Shown piece after piece: positions 1-8,769 of a stretch of 64,000 bases of DNA. This DNA is from an uncultured Clostridium sp. (GTDB lineage Bacteria; Bacillota_I; Bacilli_A; RF39; UBA660), in the NCBI GenBank assembly GCA_964578175.1, contig CAZOBH010000003.1, positions 10,159 to 74,158 on the forward strand, given 5' to 3'. Both the position numbers and the translations under genes were made by a program. The notes beneath the pieces are model-generated. The model saw only the letters and a program-made list of their open reading frames with translations. It was not told the DNA's origin and made no database searches. Position 1 is the first letter of the stretch. Each line of letters opens with the position of its first letter.

Positions 1-613
1 CATATTCTTGTAGAGCTAATACTTCATTAACTAAACTTTGATGATAACCTAAATCATTAAAATGATTAATTACTTTACTTTTCATAATAGTATAACTTTT
101 ATTTCTAATTGTTTTCATATATTTAGGTATTAACTTTTCTAATTTATCTTTTTCTAAATCAAAATCATATTTATCTAAATATTCATTAATTATATTATCA
201 TCTACTTTAGCATTTTCTAATTCTTTTCTTATTTTAAATGGACCATCATTACTAAAATTAATTTTATCATTTATAAACGCTTCAGTATAAATTTTATCAT
301 CTAAATATCTTTCTTTAATAAGTCTTTTTATAACATCATTAATAGTGTCGTATTCTATCTCTTTATTTTTTAAATACATTCTAACTTCAAATACAGATCT
401 ATATCTAGTAGAAATATATCTAATAGCTAAATCATATGCTGATAAATTATTGTTTAAGACCTCTATATTATTCATAGTTTCATCATCTATTTCTTTAGTT
501 AATAACATATCTTTTTTTAGAATTAAATCTTCATGTACTTTAATAGTACTTTTATCTTCCAATGTCAATTTATACATACTATTTCTAAGTTTAGTAAATT
601 TTAAAATCTTCAT
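1..613 (-). CDS. recX: Regulatory protein RecX. N-terminal ~204 aa; the C-terminus runs off the window start, so it is absent from the six-frame ORF track.
   Basis: Hand translation of the minus strand gives MKILKFTKLRNSMYKLTLEDKSTIKVHEDLILKKDMLLTKEIDDETMNNIEVLNNNLSAYDLAIRYISTRYRSVFEVRMYLKNKEIEYDTINDVIKRLIKERYLDDKIYTEAFINDKINF... This matches the RecX three-repeat helical pattern (AYDxALRYLSxRxRSExEVRxKL; YLDDxxYAxxF). An AGAGGT RBS precedes the ATG at 613. Confidence 0.6.
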   Translation of the reverse strand, partial: MKILKFTKLRNSMYKLTLEDKSTIKVHEDLILKKDMLLTKEIDDETMNNIEVLNNNLSAYDLAIRYISTRYRSVFEVRMYLKNKEIEYDTINDVIKRLIKERYLDDKIYTEAFINDKINFSNDGPFKIRKELENAKVDDNIINEYLDKYDFDLEKDKLEKLIPKYMKTIRNKSYTIMKSKVINHFNDLGYHQSLVNEVLALQEY

Positions 614-652
614 ATCAATACCTCTAATATTATTATATAAAAAAAGAAGAAA

Positions 653-859
653 TTATTCTTCATCTTTTTTTACTGTTATAAGTCCTTCTGCAACTTCTTC
701 CAATGCTCTTCCAATAGGTTTACTACATTTATAATTTTTCTCAGGCATTTGATAAAACCCAGTTCTTTCCATTTCTCTAGCTCTACGAGAAGCTATATGA
801 ACTAATTCATATTTAGAAGTTACAATATTTAATAATTTGTCTACTGAAGGATAAATCAC
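653..859 (-). CDS. rpoZ: DNA-directed RNA polymerase subunit omega
   Basis: 68 aa. The KYELVHIASRRAREM and GRALEEVAEGL segments match the RpoZ family. Confidence 0.85.
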   Translation of the reverse strand: MIYPSVDKLLNIVTSKYELVHIASRRAREMERTGFYQMPEKNYKCSKPIGRALEEVAEGLITVKKDEE

Positions 860-934
860 TATATCACACTCCTATTTTAAAGATAAAACTATTTACATAA
901 GTGTTCAACTATTTACAAATAATTTTACAATAAT

Positions 935-1819
935 TTACACACCAGTATTATCAAATTCAGGTATAAATGACTCCTTCATTGTATCCCCTTCTTGAATAAA
1001 TGCGTTGGTAATACCTATATCTAATGCGTAATTAATAACATCATCATATTCTTCATCAGTTACTTTTCTATTTAAGTTTTCATATTCTAATTTATATACA
1101 GGTGTATATTGATTCATAATACTTATATAAATATTATCTTTATATTCATCATATAAATATTTAATAATTTTTTTAGCGTCATCTACTTCACCTGGTAGAA
1201 CTAAAACTCTAACTATAACTCCTTTTTTTATTATTCCATTTTCAATAATAGGTTTACCTACTTGCTTATACATTTCTTTTATATTTCTAGTTGCAACTTC
1301 AAAATAATCTGGAACTTTTGAATATTTAAGAGCTAACTTATTATCAAAATATTTTAAATCTGGTAAATACACATCTATTTTATTATTTAATTCTTTCATA
1401 GCTTCTAAACTTTCATATGAACTAGTATTGTAAATTATTGGTATATTAAGACCTTTATTTTTACTTAATTCAATAGCTTTAATAATACTAGGTATATAAT
1501 GAGTAGGAGTTACTAAATTAATATTATTAGCTTTTTTTTCTTGTAATTCTATAAATATATCACTAAGTCTTTCTATTGTTATCTCTTTACCAAAACCATC
1601 TCTACTTATATCTCTATTTTGGCAAAAAATACATTTTAAATTACAATTAGAGAAAAATACTGCTCCACTACCATTTTCACCAGATATAATTGGTTCTTCC
1701 CAGTAATGAAGAGCAGCTCGTGCAACAACTAACTTATTTGATGCATTACACATACCCTTTTCTTTTTCTCTATTTATATGACATTTTCTGTTACATAAAA
1801 TACAATCTTTATAATCCAT
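935..1819 (-). CDS. Radical SAM protein, PflX-like (COG1313-type activating-enzyme homolog)
   Basis: CxxxCxxC radical SAM motif (NLKCIFCQN) plus an N-terminal Cys cluster (CILCNRKCHINREKEKGMC). Confidence 0.5.
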   Translation of the reverse strand: MDYKDCILCNRKCHINREKEKGMCNASNKLVVARAALHYWEEPIISGENGSGAVFFSNCNLKCIFCQNRDISRDGFGKEITIERLSDIFIELQEKKANNINLVTPTHYIPSIIKAIELSKNKGLNIPIIYNTSSYESLEAMKELNNKIDVYLPDLKYFDNKLALKYSKVPDYFEVATRNIKEMYKQVGKPIIENGIIKKGVIVRVLVLPGEVDDAKKIIKYLYDEYKDNIYISIMNQYTPVYKLEYENLNRKVTDEEYDDVINYALDIGITNAFIQEGDTMKESFIPEFDNTGV

Positions 1820-2333
1820 ATCTTCTTTTAACCAATCCTTTAACTATAATTTCTTGATCAATAAAATGATTAGTTATTATATACAACTTTTGTCTTTTAT
1901 TAAATAGGTATCTAGCATATGGAATTTTATTTAATGAAAAATGTACTCCCTTTTTTCTAAGATAAGGACATACAAATAACTTACAAGCAATATTTCTTGT
2001 AGTGCATCTTCCATCCTTTAGTTTTTCACAATCTCTACCTTCCTTATATCCATGACAACAACCATTTTCATATGTATCCCTTATTATTCCTTTGTCTATC
2101 ATATCTTGTCGTCTACTACATATATTATTTTTAAATCCACAAAGATTCTTTCCATAGAACTCATCATCTAAATAATCACATATAAAATTATGAGCTAATA
2201 AATATCTTTTTTCTATATTTTTTTCATTTATTATTTTTTCAAAATTCTTAAGTTCTTCTTTCTTTTTCTTTTCACTTATTTTTTGTTTATTAATAAACCT
2301 TTTAGTTCTTATATAAATTATTTTATCAAACAT
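1809..2333 (-). CDS. Cysteine-rich hypothetical protein, possible Zn/Fe-S cluster protein. Overlaps the start of the radical SAM gene.
   Basis: 174 aa with several Cys clusters (CGFKNNIC, NGCCHGY, CEKLKDGRC, CKLFVCPY). The overlap with the downstream radical SAM gene suggests co-translation. Confidence 0.4.
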   Translation of the reverse strand: MFDKIIYIRTKRFINKQKISEKKKKEELKNFEKIINEKNIEKRYLLAHNFICDYLDDEFYGKNLCGFKNNICSRRQDMIDKGIIRDTYENGCCHGYKEGRDCEKLKDGRCTTRNIACKLFVCPYLRKKGVHFSLNKIPYARYLFNKRQKLYIITNHFIDQEIIVKGLVKRRYGL

Positions 2334-2341
2334 CTAATTAC

Positions 2342-2854
2342 CTACTTATATTCAATTGATTTACCATTTATATCAACTAAGTATATTTTCTTTTCACCCT
2401 TTGAAGATAATACTGATTTAACATTAGTTATATTATTATATCTAGTATTTTTTTCAATATAAGTACCATTTTCATTAATTAATTCAGAAAGAGTTCCATC
2501 TTCTTTTAATATAAAGCACTTATCATTTTCAATATCAATATCTAATACATTAGTAATATTAGTTTTTATTCCACAAATGTTGTCAAGTCCAGGTATTAAT
2601 TCACAGTTGGCATTACCTTTTGCATATAAAACATTATCTGTTCCAAGATAATATCCACTAAAATCACTAAATGATACTTCTTTAACATAGTCTCTATTTT
2701 TTAACCCATTTAAATAATCATTATAATTATTTTTAACAATCTTTGTGCAGACTTTTTCTTTTACATCTTCTCTAACTTCAGTACTAGTAACTATATACAA
2801 TCCAGTTAAAAATATAATTAATGATATTAAAATTATAAATACATTCTTTTTCAT
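2342..2854 (-). CDS. Hypothetical secreted or membrane-anchored protein
   Basis: N-terminal hydrophobic signal/anchor (MKKNVFIILISLIIFLTGLYIV). No recognisable catalytic motif. Confidence 0.4.
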   Translation of the reverse strand: MKKNVFIILISLIIFLTGLYIVTSTEVREDVKEKVCTKIVKNNYNDYLNGLKNRDYVKEVSFSDFSGYYLGTDNVLYAKGNANCELIPGLDNICGIKTNITNVLDIDIENDKCFILKEDGTLSELINENGTYIEKNTRYNNITNVKSVLSSKGEKKIYLVDINGKSIEYK

Positions 2855-3531
2855 TATTTCTCCTTTTTATAAAATGGTTTTGCTTTTAAATTATCAATAA
2901 ATTCTTTTATAACATCATTATTTAGATAAGCGATATCAACTAAAATATTTTTTGTTTCCAATTCTTTTCCTAGTTTCTCAAATAACTTGCTATCATCTTT
3001 ATCTATAACTAATAACATGCCAAGGTTATTCTTTTTATGTATTTTAAATATATATGCTTTAGTTATATCTTTATACTTTTTAAGTACTTTTATTATATCT
3101 TTTGTTTCTTCTGGATCTTTATCAAATAATTCTACTCCTACTTTATTAGAATTATATATCTCTTCTAAATTTTCTTTTGTAAGAGATATATTTTCAGTAA
3201 AAGGATTAATTACAAGACCAGTTGCATTATTACTCATAATAATATGAACAAATTCAGTAAAAGATACGTTAACTGTATCATATTCTTTATTATCAGGATG
3301 TTTTAAAAATGCCTCATTATCTGTATATGCTTGGAAATAATTTTCTCCTTTATCATTTGTTAATAAATATAAATTTATTTCATCTTCAATATTTTCTCCC
3401 TTACCTATAGGAGCAATAAATACTGAATCCATAAGAGTTGTAGTAAATTCTTCTAATAATTCAGGATTATTCTGTAGACTTAGTTCTATCATTAACATTT
3501 TAAGTTTATCATTGTTAATTTCTATATTCAT
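2854..3531 (-). CDS. SseB-like family protein (tentative)
   Basis: 225 aa. The ...YLLTNDKGENYFQAYTDNEAF... segment is reminiscent of the SseB N-terminal domain. Recognition by memory only. Confidence 0.35.
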   Translation of the reverse strand: MNIEINNDKLKMLMIELSLQNNPELLEEFTTTLMDSVFIAPIGKGENIEDEINLYLLTNDKGENYFQAYTDNEAFLKHPDNKEYDTVNVSFTEFVHIIMSNNATGLVINPFTENISLTKENLEEIYNSNKVGVELFDKDPEETKDIIKVLKKYKDITKAYIFKIHKKNNLGMLLVIDKDDSKLFEKLGKELETKNILVDIAYLNNDVIKEFIDNLKAKPFYKKEK

Positions 3532-3622
3532 ACAATCACCAACACTATTATAACATTAATAAATAGTGATGTCTAAATTAGTATTTTATGTTAAAATATA
3601 TTAGAGAATAGAAGGTGATAAC

Positions 3623-4309
3623 ATGCCAGCTGCAACAATTCATAGATGTGTTGGTAAGAAGATATTAGAAATAACAAATATGTATACTGATGAATATGAT
3701 AAAAAATTATTTGAAATAGGTTGTGTTGCTCCAGATAGTTGGAAGAATACATCTAGATATAAAAATTCTCTATTACCTAAAAAGATTAAAAGACGTGCAT
3801 CTCATTTTTCACCTGAAGGTAAATACATAGAATATTATTTAAACTTTTATGATAAATATAAACCTACTATTGATGATCCATTTATGATGGGATATCTAAT
3901 ACATTTAATGACAGATTTCTACTGGAGATATATTATGTTTTATAATTATTTTAATAGAGATGGATCAATCAGGTTATTAGATGGATCTTCAGTAAATGGA
4001 GAGAAAGGTGTAAGAAAAACACTTCTTAAAAATGAGACAGCAAAGATAGCTACTTTAATTTCAAAAGAATATAAATTAAAATGGCTTGATCAATTATCTG
4101 ATAATGAAATAGAAAGATTAACTAAAATTGATGAGTTAGAATACGATGGTCTAAATGAAACATTAATATATGATAATAAAGAAGCAAATGACACCATCGA
4201 TTATGAATTAAAAGTATATAGAGTAAAAGATTTTAAAAATGGTATTACAAAATGTTCTAATATTATTATTGGAGAATTAGGTAATATAGGAATAGCAGAA
4301 TTATTATAA
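3623..4309 (+). CDS. Zinc-dependent phospholipase C / P1-nuclease-like domain protein, cytoplasmic (no signal peptide)
   Basis: ASHFSPEGKY resembles Bacillus cereus PLC ASHFYDPDNGKTY. An HLMTDFYW H-x3-D metal-ligand pattern and an N-terminal IHRCVG segment are also present. Confidence 0.4.
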   Translation: MPAATIHRCVGKKILEITNMYTDEYDKKLFEIGCVAPDSWKNTSRYKNSLLPKKIKRRASHFSPEGKYIEYYLNFYDKYKPTIDDPFMMGYLIHLMTDFYWRYIMFYNYFNRDGSIRLLDGSSVNGEKGVRKTLLKNETAKIATLISKEYKLKWLDQLSDNEIERLTKIDELEYDGLNETLIYDNKEANDTIDYELKVYRVKDFKNGITKCSNIIIGELGNIGIAELL

Positions 4310-4330
4310 AAAAAATAACATCACAAGATG

Positions 4331-5968
4331 TTATTTTACTATGTCTTTTACTTTTAGTAATTGATCATATACTTTTTCAAAGGATTGGACTACTTTTGGA
4401 TTATAAAGAGTTCCACTTCCTTTTTTTATTATTTCTAAAGGATTATCTAATTCCTTTGTCTCCATATCGTTAAAATCAACTGCTATTTTTAAAACTTGAG
4501 CTGAAATTGGAATAGAATCTCCTTCAACTTTATTAGGAAGTCCTGATCCATCATAATTTTCTTGATGAAAACTAATCATATCTTTAACATAATGATTAAA
4601 AATACGATCTGTATTTCTATATAATATACTATCAAATATAGTAAGACCTATCTGAGTACTACTATTTATTATTTGTAAATCTTCTTCTGTATACTCTTTC
4701 TTTTTTAATATCTTTTTAGGTAAAGTAAATACACCAATATCATAATACTTAGATGCTTCCGTAATCTTTTCTAATCTTTCATTATCGACTCTATATTCTT
4801 CATAATCATCTGATACTTGTTTCATAATTATATTTGTATAAGTACTTATTCTTTTAAGACCAGTTTCACAATCTAATAGATATGATTTTAATATTACTCT
4901 TAATACATTTTTAATATCTTCATGTTGAGTTAATACAATTTCATTTAATGAGTTATTAGATTTATATATTTTAATTAAATTATTCATTCTATGTTTAACT
5001 ATTGGAACAGTAAATGGTTTTTCAAGAACGTCAGCTATTGGGTAGTTATAAGCTTTATTACGAACTTCTTGGTTATCACCACTAATGATTATTATAGGCA
5101 TCTTTGTTATTAAGTTTTTACTAGCTAAATAGTTTAATACATCGAACCCATCAACTCCAGGCATATTTAAATCTAAAAACATACCAACTATCTTTATCTT
5201 TTTTTCTAATCTTTCATTTAAATTATCATCTATTAATTTAATTACTTCTTCTCCATTACTACATACTTTAACTTTATAAGAACCAATAAAACATCTTTTT
5301 AAAATATCACAAGTAACATTATCATCATCAACAATAAGTAATGTTTTTTCTCCTTCTCCTAAATCAGTTAACATAGATTCACTAACTTTTTGACATAATT
5401 CAGGATAAGAATTAGATAAATCCATAGTAGCATTATTTACATATTCAATAATACCTCTTATTTCAGGATTTCTTGATGATACATTTATATCTACTACTCT
5501 ATTTAATTTGATAATAGTATCAGCAACACTATCTAATATTACTTCAATTTTCTTTTCTAATTCTTCTTCTCTAGGACTGTTTTCTACAGTAATTGATTTA
5601 AATTTATCAGGAGTAATTAATAGTAGTACTACATCATTTCCATCACTATCTTTTATTACTTTAGAAACATTTGTATACCAGTTATAAATACCTTCTTCAT
5701 TTTTTTTACGATATTTACATTTTTTGATTTCTCCTGGTCCAAAATTATTAATAGTAATACAATCAATCATTTCCTTTATATCATCTGTATGAACTAACTT
5801 TTCAATATCAGCAAATCTAGTAGTAAATGCATATCTATTTACTTCTTTTAATTCTTTATTATCAATTTTATATTCTATTTCTATATCTTTTAAAGTATCT
5901 AATACAAAAACACCCTCAAAAAAATCAGGTAATATACCTATGATTGATTCAAAATATTCATTATTCAT
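4331..5968 (-). CDS. PAS-like / REC / degenerate HD-GYP three-domain response regulator. The start is probably M14 of the listed ORF, MNNEYFES, which is preceded by AGGAG.
   Basis: Receiver motifs (LIVDDD...; FLDLNMPGVDGFDVL; KPF). The C-terminus has the HD-GYP fold signature with substitutions (YYDIG for HDIG; FHQENYDGSGLP for HHExxDGxGYP). Confidence 0.65.
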   Translation of the reverse strand: MNNEYFESIIGILPDFFEGVFVLDTLKDIEIEYKIDNKELKEVNRYAFTTRFADIEKLVHTDDIKEMIDCITINNFGPGEIKKCKYRKKNEEGIYNWYTNVSKVIKDSDGNDVVLLLITPDKFKSITVENSPREEELEKKIEVILDSVADTIIKLNRVVDINVSSRNPEIRGIIEYVNNATMDLSNSYPELCQKVSESMLTDLGEGEKTLLIVDDDNVTCDILKRCFIGSYKVKVCSNGEEVIKLIDDNLNERLEKKIKIVGMFLDLNMPGVDGFDVLNYLASKNLITKMPIIIISGDNQEVRNKAYNYPIADVLEKPFTVPIVKHRMNNLIKIYKSNNSLNEIVLTQHEDIKNVLRVILKSYLLDCETGLKRISTYTNIIMKQVSDDYEEYRVDNERLEKITEASKYYDIGVFTLPKKILKKKEYTEEDLQIINSSTQIGLTIFDSILYRNTDRIFNHYVKDMISFHQENYDGSGLPNKVEGDSIPISAQVLKIAVDFNDMETKELDNPLEIIKKGSGTLYNPKVVQSFEKVYDQLLKVKDIVK

Positions 5969-6004
5969 ACTACCAACTCCTATTATTGATTTAAGTATAA
6001 CATA

Positions 6005-6030
6005 CAAATAAAAAAAAGACTATCAGTCTT
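6005..6030 (-). terminator. Rho-independent terminator/attenuator between the REC gene and the PAS-REC-HD-GYP gene
   Basis: AAGACT-gat-AGTCTT hairpin followed by U8 on the minus strand. It overlaps the REC stop codon. Confidence 0.5.
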
Positions 6031-6412
6031 ATTTCATTTCCATAATACTAATAGTCTTCTCTACAATATTTCTAACGTTATCAATTGTAAATGGCTTTTT
6101 TAATACATCTATAATTGGATATTCAAATGCTTTTTCAATAGTATCTTGTCCATCATCTCCAGTAATAATAGAAACAGGTACAGTATTAAATAGATTTCTA
6201 TTTCTCATATACTCTAATACTTGAAACCCATCAACTTCTGGCATATTTAAATCAAGAAGCATTCCAACTACTTCTGTTAAATTATTATTTTCTATATAAT
6301 TAATTGCTTCTCTACCATTTTGAGCTCCAAATACATTATATTGTCCTTCAAACGCTTTCTTAGCAACATTAATAATTATATTAGAATCATCTGCAACAAT
6401 TATTGTTTTCAT
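6029..6412 (-). CDS. Single-domain response regulator (CheY-like receiver)
   Basis: 127 aa. IIVADDS, LLDLNMPEVDGFQVL and KKPF receiver motifs. Confidence 0.8.
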   Translation of the reverse strand: MKTIIVADDSNIIINVAKKAFEGQYNVFGAQNGREAINYIENNNLTEVVGMLLDLNMPEVDGFQVLEYMRNRNLFNTVPVSIITGDDGQDTIEKAFEYPIIDVLKKPFTIDNVRNIVEKTISIMEMK

Positions 6413-6413
6413 C

Positions 6414-6773
6414 CTATACCTCCAAATAGTTTTTTACTATTTCTTCTACTTTTTTACATTCTTCTACATATTGATTAAATCTTGTATTAACAAAATTTAT
6501 ATCATTTGATTTACCAGCCATTTCATGTTGATATGATAAATCAGCAAGATTCATTAATCCTAGATATTTACAATCACTTTTAATAGAATGAGCAAGTATT
6601 CCATAGTTTTCCATATCATTTGTATTTTTATAATTATCAAGTTCAACCAATCTTTGTTCTAAACTATTATAGAATTCAGTTAATGTTTCATTGTAAAACT
6701 CAATATCACCTAATAATTCTAAGCCTTTATCAACATCAACACTATTTTCTTTCAAATAATCTATAGTCTTCAT
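6414..6773 (-). CDS. Hpt (histidine phosphotransfer) domain protein. Start corrected to MKTIDYL, which is preceded by AGGAGGG.
   Basis: AHSIKSDCKYLGLMNLADLSYQHE matches the Hpt HxxKG...G signature. The 4-nt overlap with the downstream REC gene suggests an operon. Confidence 0.7.
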   Translation of the reverse strand: MKTIDYLKENSVDVDKGLELLGDIEFYNETLTEFYNSLEQRLVELDNYKNTNDMENYGILAHSIKSDCKYLGLMNLADLSYQHEMAGKSNDINFVNTRFNQYVEECKKVEEIVKNYLEV

Positions 6774-6812
6774 ATACCCTCCTATAATAATTTTAACATA
6801 TTTAATTAAATA

Positions 6813-6851
6813 TAGAATAAAAAATAAAAAAAGTTGACATATATCAACTTT
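6813..6851 (-). terminator. Terminator of der
   Basis: AAAGTTGA-tatatg-TCAACTTT 8-bp stem followed by TTTTTATTTTTTATT on the minus strand. Confidence 0.6.
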
Positions 6852-8145
6852 CATCTTTGTTTTTAAATTGAATTATTATCGGAGTACCTTCTAATTCAAA
6901 ATTCTCTCTTAATTTATTTTCTAGATATCTTTCATAAGAGAAGTGTACTAATTTTTTATTATTAACTCTAAACGTAAATTTAGGAGGTTTAATTCCTGAT
7001 TGGTTTACAAAGAATATTTTTAATCTATTACCTTTATATGAAGGAGGTATATTTAATTGATAAGCATCATTTATAACATCATTTAAGACACTTGTTTTGA
7101 TCTCTCTTTTTATATTTTCTCCTACTTTAATAATTTCAGGCATAATAAGATGTATTCTCTTTTTAGTTAATGCACTACAAAATACTACTGGACAATAAGT
7201 AATAAATTGAAATTCTGCTCTAACTTTTTTAGTAAATTCTTGAATTGATTCAGTTGCAGTATCCCATTTATTAACAACTATTATAAGTCCTTTTCCTTTT
7301 TCTAAAACATATCCAGCTATATGTTTATCATGTTCAATTATTCCTTCTTCAGCATTAATTACAAGCAAACATATATCACTTCTATCAATTGCTTCCATAC
7401 TACGTAATAAACTATATTTCTCAATAGATTCATAGATTCTACCTTTTTTTCTCATACCAGCAGTATCTATTACAACATACTCAGAACCATTATATTTTAA
7501 TACTGTATCAACAGCATCTCTAGTAGTACCTGATACATCACTAACTATAACTCTTTCTTCATTTAATAAGGCATTAATTAAACTACTTTTACCTACATTA
7601 GGTCTACCTACTACTGAAAACTTTAGTCTTTCATCAGTCTCTATGATTTCAGAAGGAAACTTTTCAGTTAATAATTCCATCATTTCATAGAATCCTTGTC
7701 CAGATTCACCACTTACTGGTATATACTTATCAAAACCTAATTCATAGAAATCATATTCATGTTCTGCAAATGATTTTGAATCAATTTTATTAATAGCTAC
7801 AACTACATCTTTTTTAGCTTTTCTTAGCATATCTCTAACTACTAAATCATTTTGAGTAAGTCCTTCTTTTCCATCTACTACAAATAAAACTATATCAGCT
7901 TCATCTATAGCTAGTTCAACTTGAACTCTAATTTCATCATTAAATATTTCTTTGGAAACATCTATTCCACCAGTATCTATAACATTGAAATGTTTATTAT
8001 TAAACTCTCCTTCAGAGTATATTCTATCTCTAGTAACACCAGGAGTATCTTCAATTATTGCAACTCTACTTTTAACTATTTTATTAAATATTGTACTTTT
8101 ACCTACATTAGGTCTACCAACTAAAGCAATAACTGGTAATTTCAT
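6844..8145 (-). CDS. der: GTPase Der (EngA), double GTP-binding domain
   Basis: Two G-domains (GRPNVGKST twice) plus a KH-like C-terminus. Confidence 0.9.
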   Translation of the reverse strand: MKLPVIALVGRPNVGKSTIFNKIVKSRVAIIEDTPGVTRDRIYSEGEFNNKHFNVIDTGGIDVSKEIFNDEIRVQVELAIDEADIVLFVVDGKEGLTQNDLVVRDMLRKAKKDVVVAINKIDSKSFAEHEYDFYELGFDKYIPVSGESGQGFYEMMELLTEKFPSEIIETDERLKFSVVGRPNVGKSSLINALLNEERVIVSDVSGTTRDAVDTVLKYNGSEYVVIDTAGMRKKGRIYESIEKYSLLRSMEAIDRSDICLLVINAEEGIIEHDKHIAGYVLEKGKGLIIVVNKWDTATESIQEFTKKVRAEFQFITYCPVVFCSALTKKRIHLIMPEIIKVGENIKREIKTSVLNDVINDAYQLNIPPSYKGNRLKIFFVNQSGIKPPKFTFRVNNKKLVHFSYERYLENKLRENFELEGTPIIIQFKNKDES

Positions 8146-8173
8146 AAAACTACCTCCTTTCTACAAAAAAAGA

Positions 8174-8767
8174 TTAGATAATATCAACTGATAAATTATC
8201 AATCTTTGTAAGTATTTCATCTCTTCCAGTTTTATTAACACTAGAAAATAATACTATATCATCTCCAACTACAATATTTAAAGTATCTGTAAGAATCTTC
8301 ATATTCTTTTCTCTTTTAGATCCAGAAACTTTATCAGCTTTTGTAGCAATTATTGTAACCGGAATATTATAATATTTTAAGAAATTATACATAAGAACAT
8401 CATCTTCTGTAGGCTTATGACGAAAATCTATAAGTAAAAATACTCTTTTTAATTGTTTCCTATTTTTAATATATTCTTCAATCATAAGACCAAATTTCTT
8501 TTGTTTTTCTTTATCTACTAAAGCATATCCATATCCAGGAACATCAACTAAATAAAAGGTTTCATTAACTATGTAAAAATTAAGAGTTTGAGTTCTTCCA
8601 GGTCTTCCTGAAATTCTAGCTAAATTTTTTCTATTAACCAATGTATTTACAAAACTACTCTTTCCTACGTTACTTCTACCTAACAATAAGAATTCAGGTA
8701 AATAATCTTCAGGATATTGACTTAATCTAACTGCAGATATACTAAGTTCAACACTACTAATTTTCAT
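8174..8767 (-). CDS. engB: Ribosome biogenesis GTP-binding protein EngB/YsxC
   Basis: GRSNVGKSSFVN G1 motif and YsxC-family length. Confidence 0.85.
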   Translation of the reverse strand: MKISSVELSISAVRLSQYPEDYLPEFLLLGRSNVGKSSFVNTLVNRKNLARISGRPGRTQTLNFYIVNETFYLVDVPGYGYALVDKEKQKKFGLMIEEYIKNRKQLKRVFLLIDFRHKPTEDDVLMYNFLKYYNIPVTIIATKADKVSGSKREKNMKILTDTLNIVVGDDIVLFSSVNKTGRDEILTKIDNLSVDII

Positions 8768-8769
8768 AA

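Noticed and set aside
345-734. 129-aa plus-strand ORF
   Set aside because: Antisense to recX and rpoZ. Low-complexity F/L/I/S-rich translation typical of AT-rich antisense frames.
2987-3247. 86-aa plus-strand ORF
   Set aside because: Antisense to the SseB-like gene. Hydrophobic junk composition.
7921-8191. Two overlapping plus-strand ORFs (67 and 79 aa)
   Set aside because: Antisense to the well-supported der gene. No RBS.
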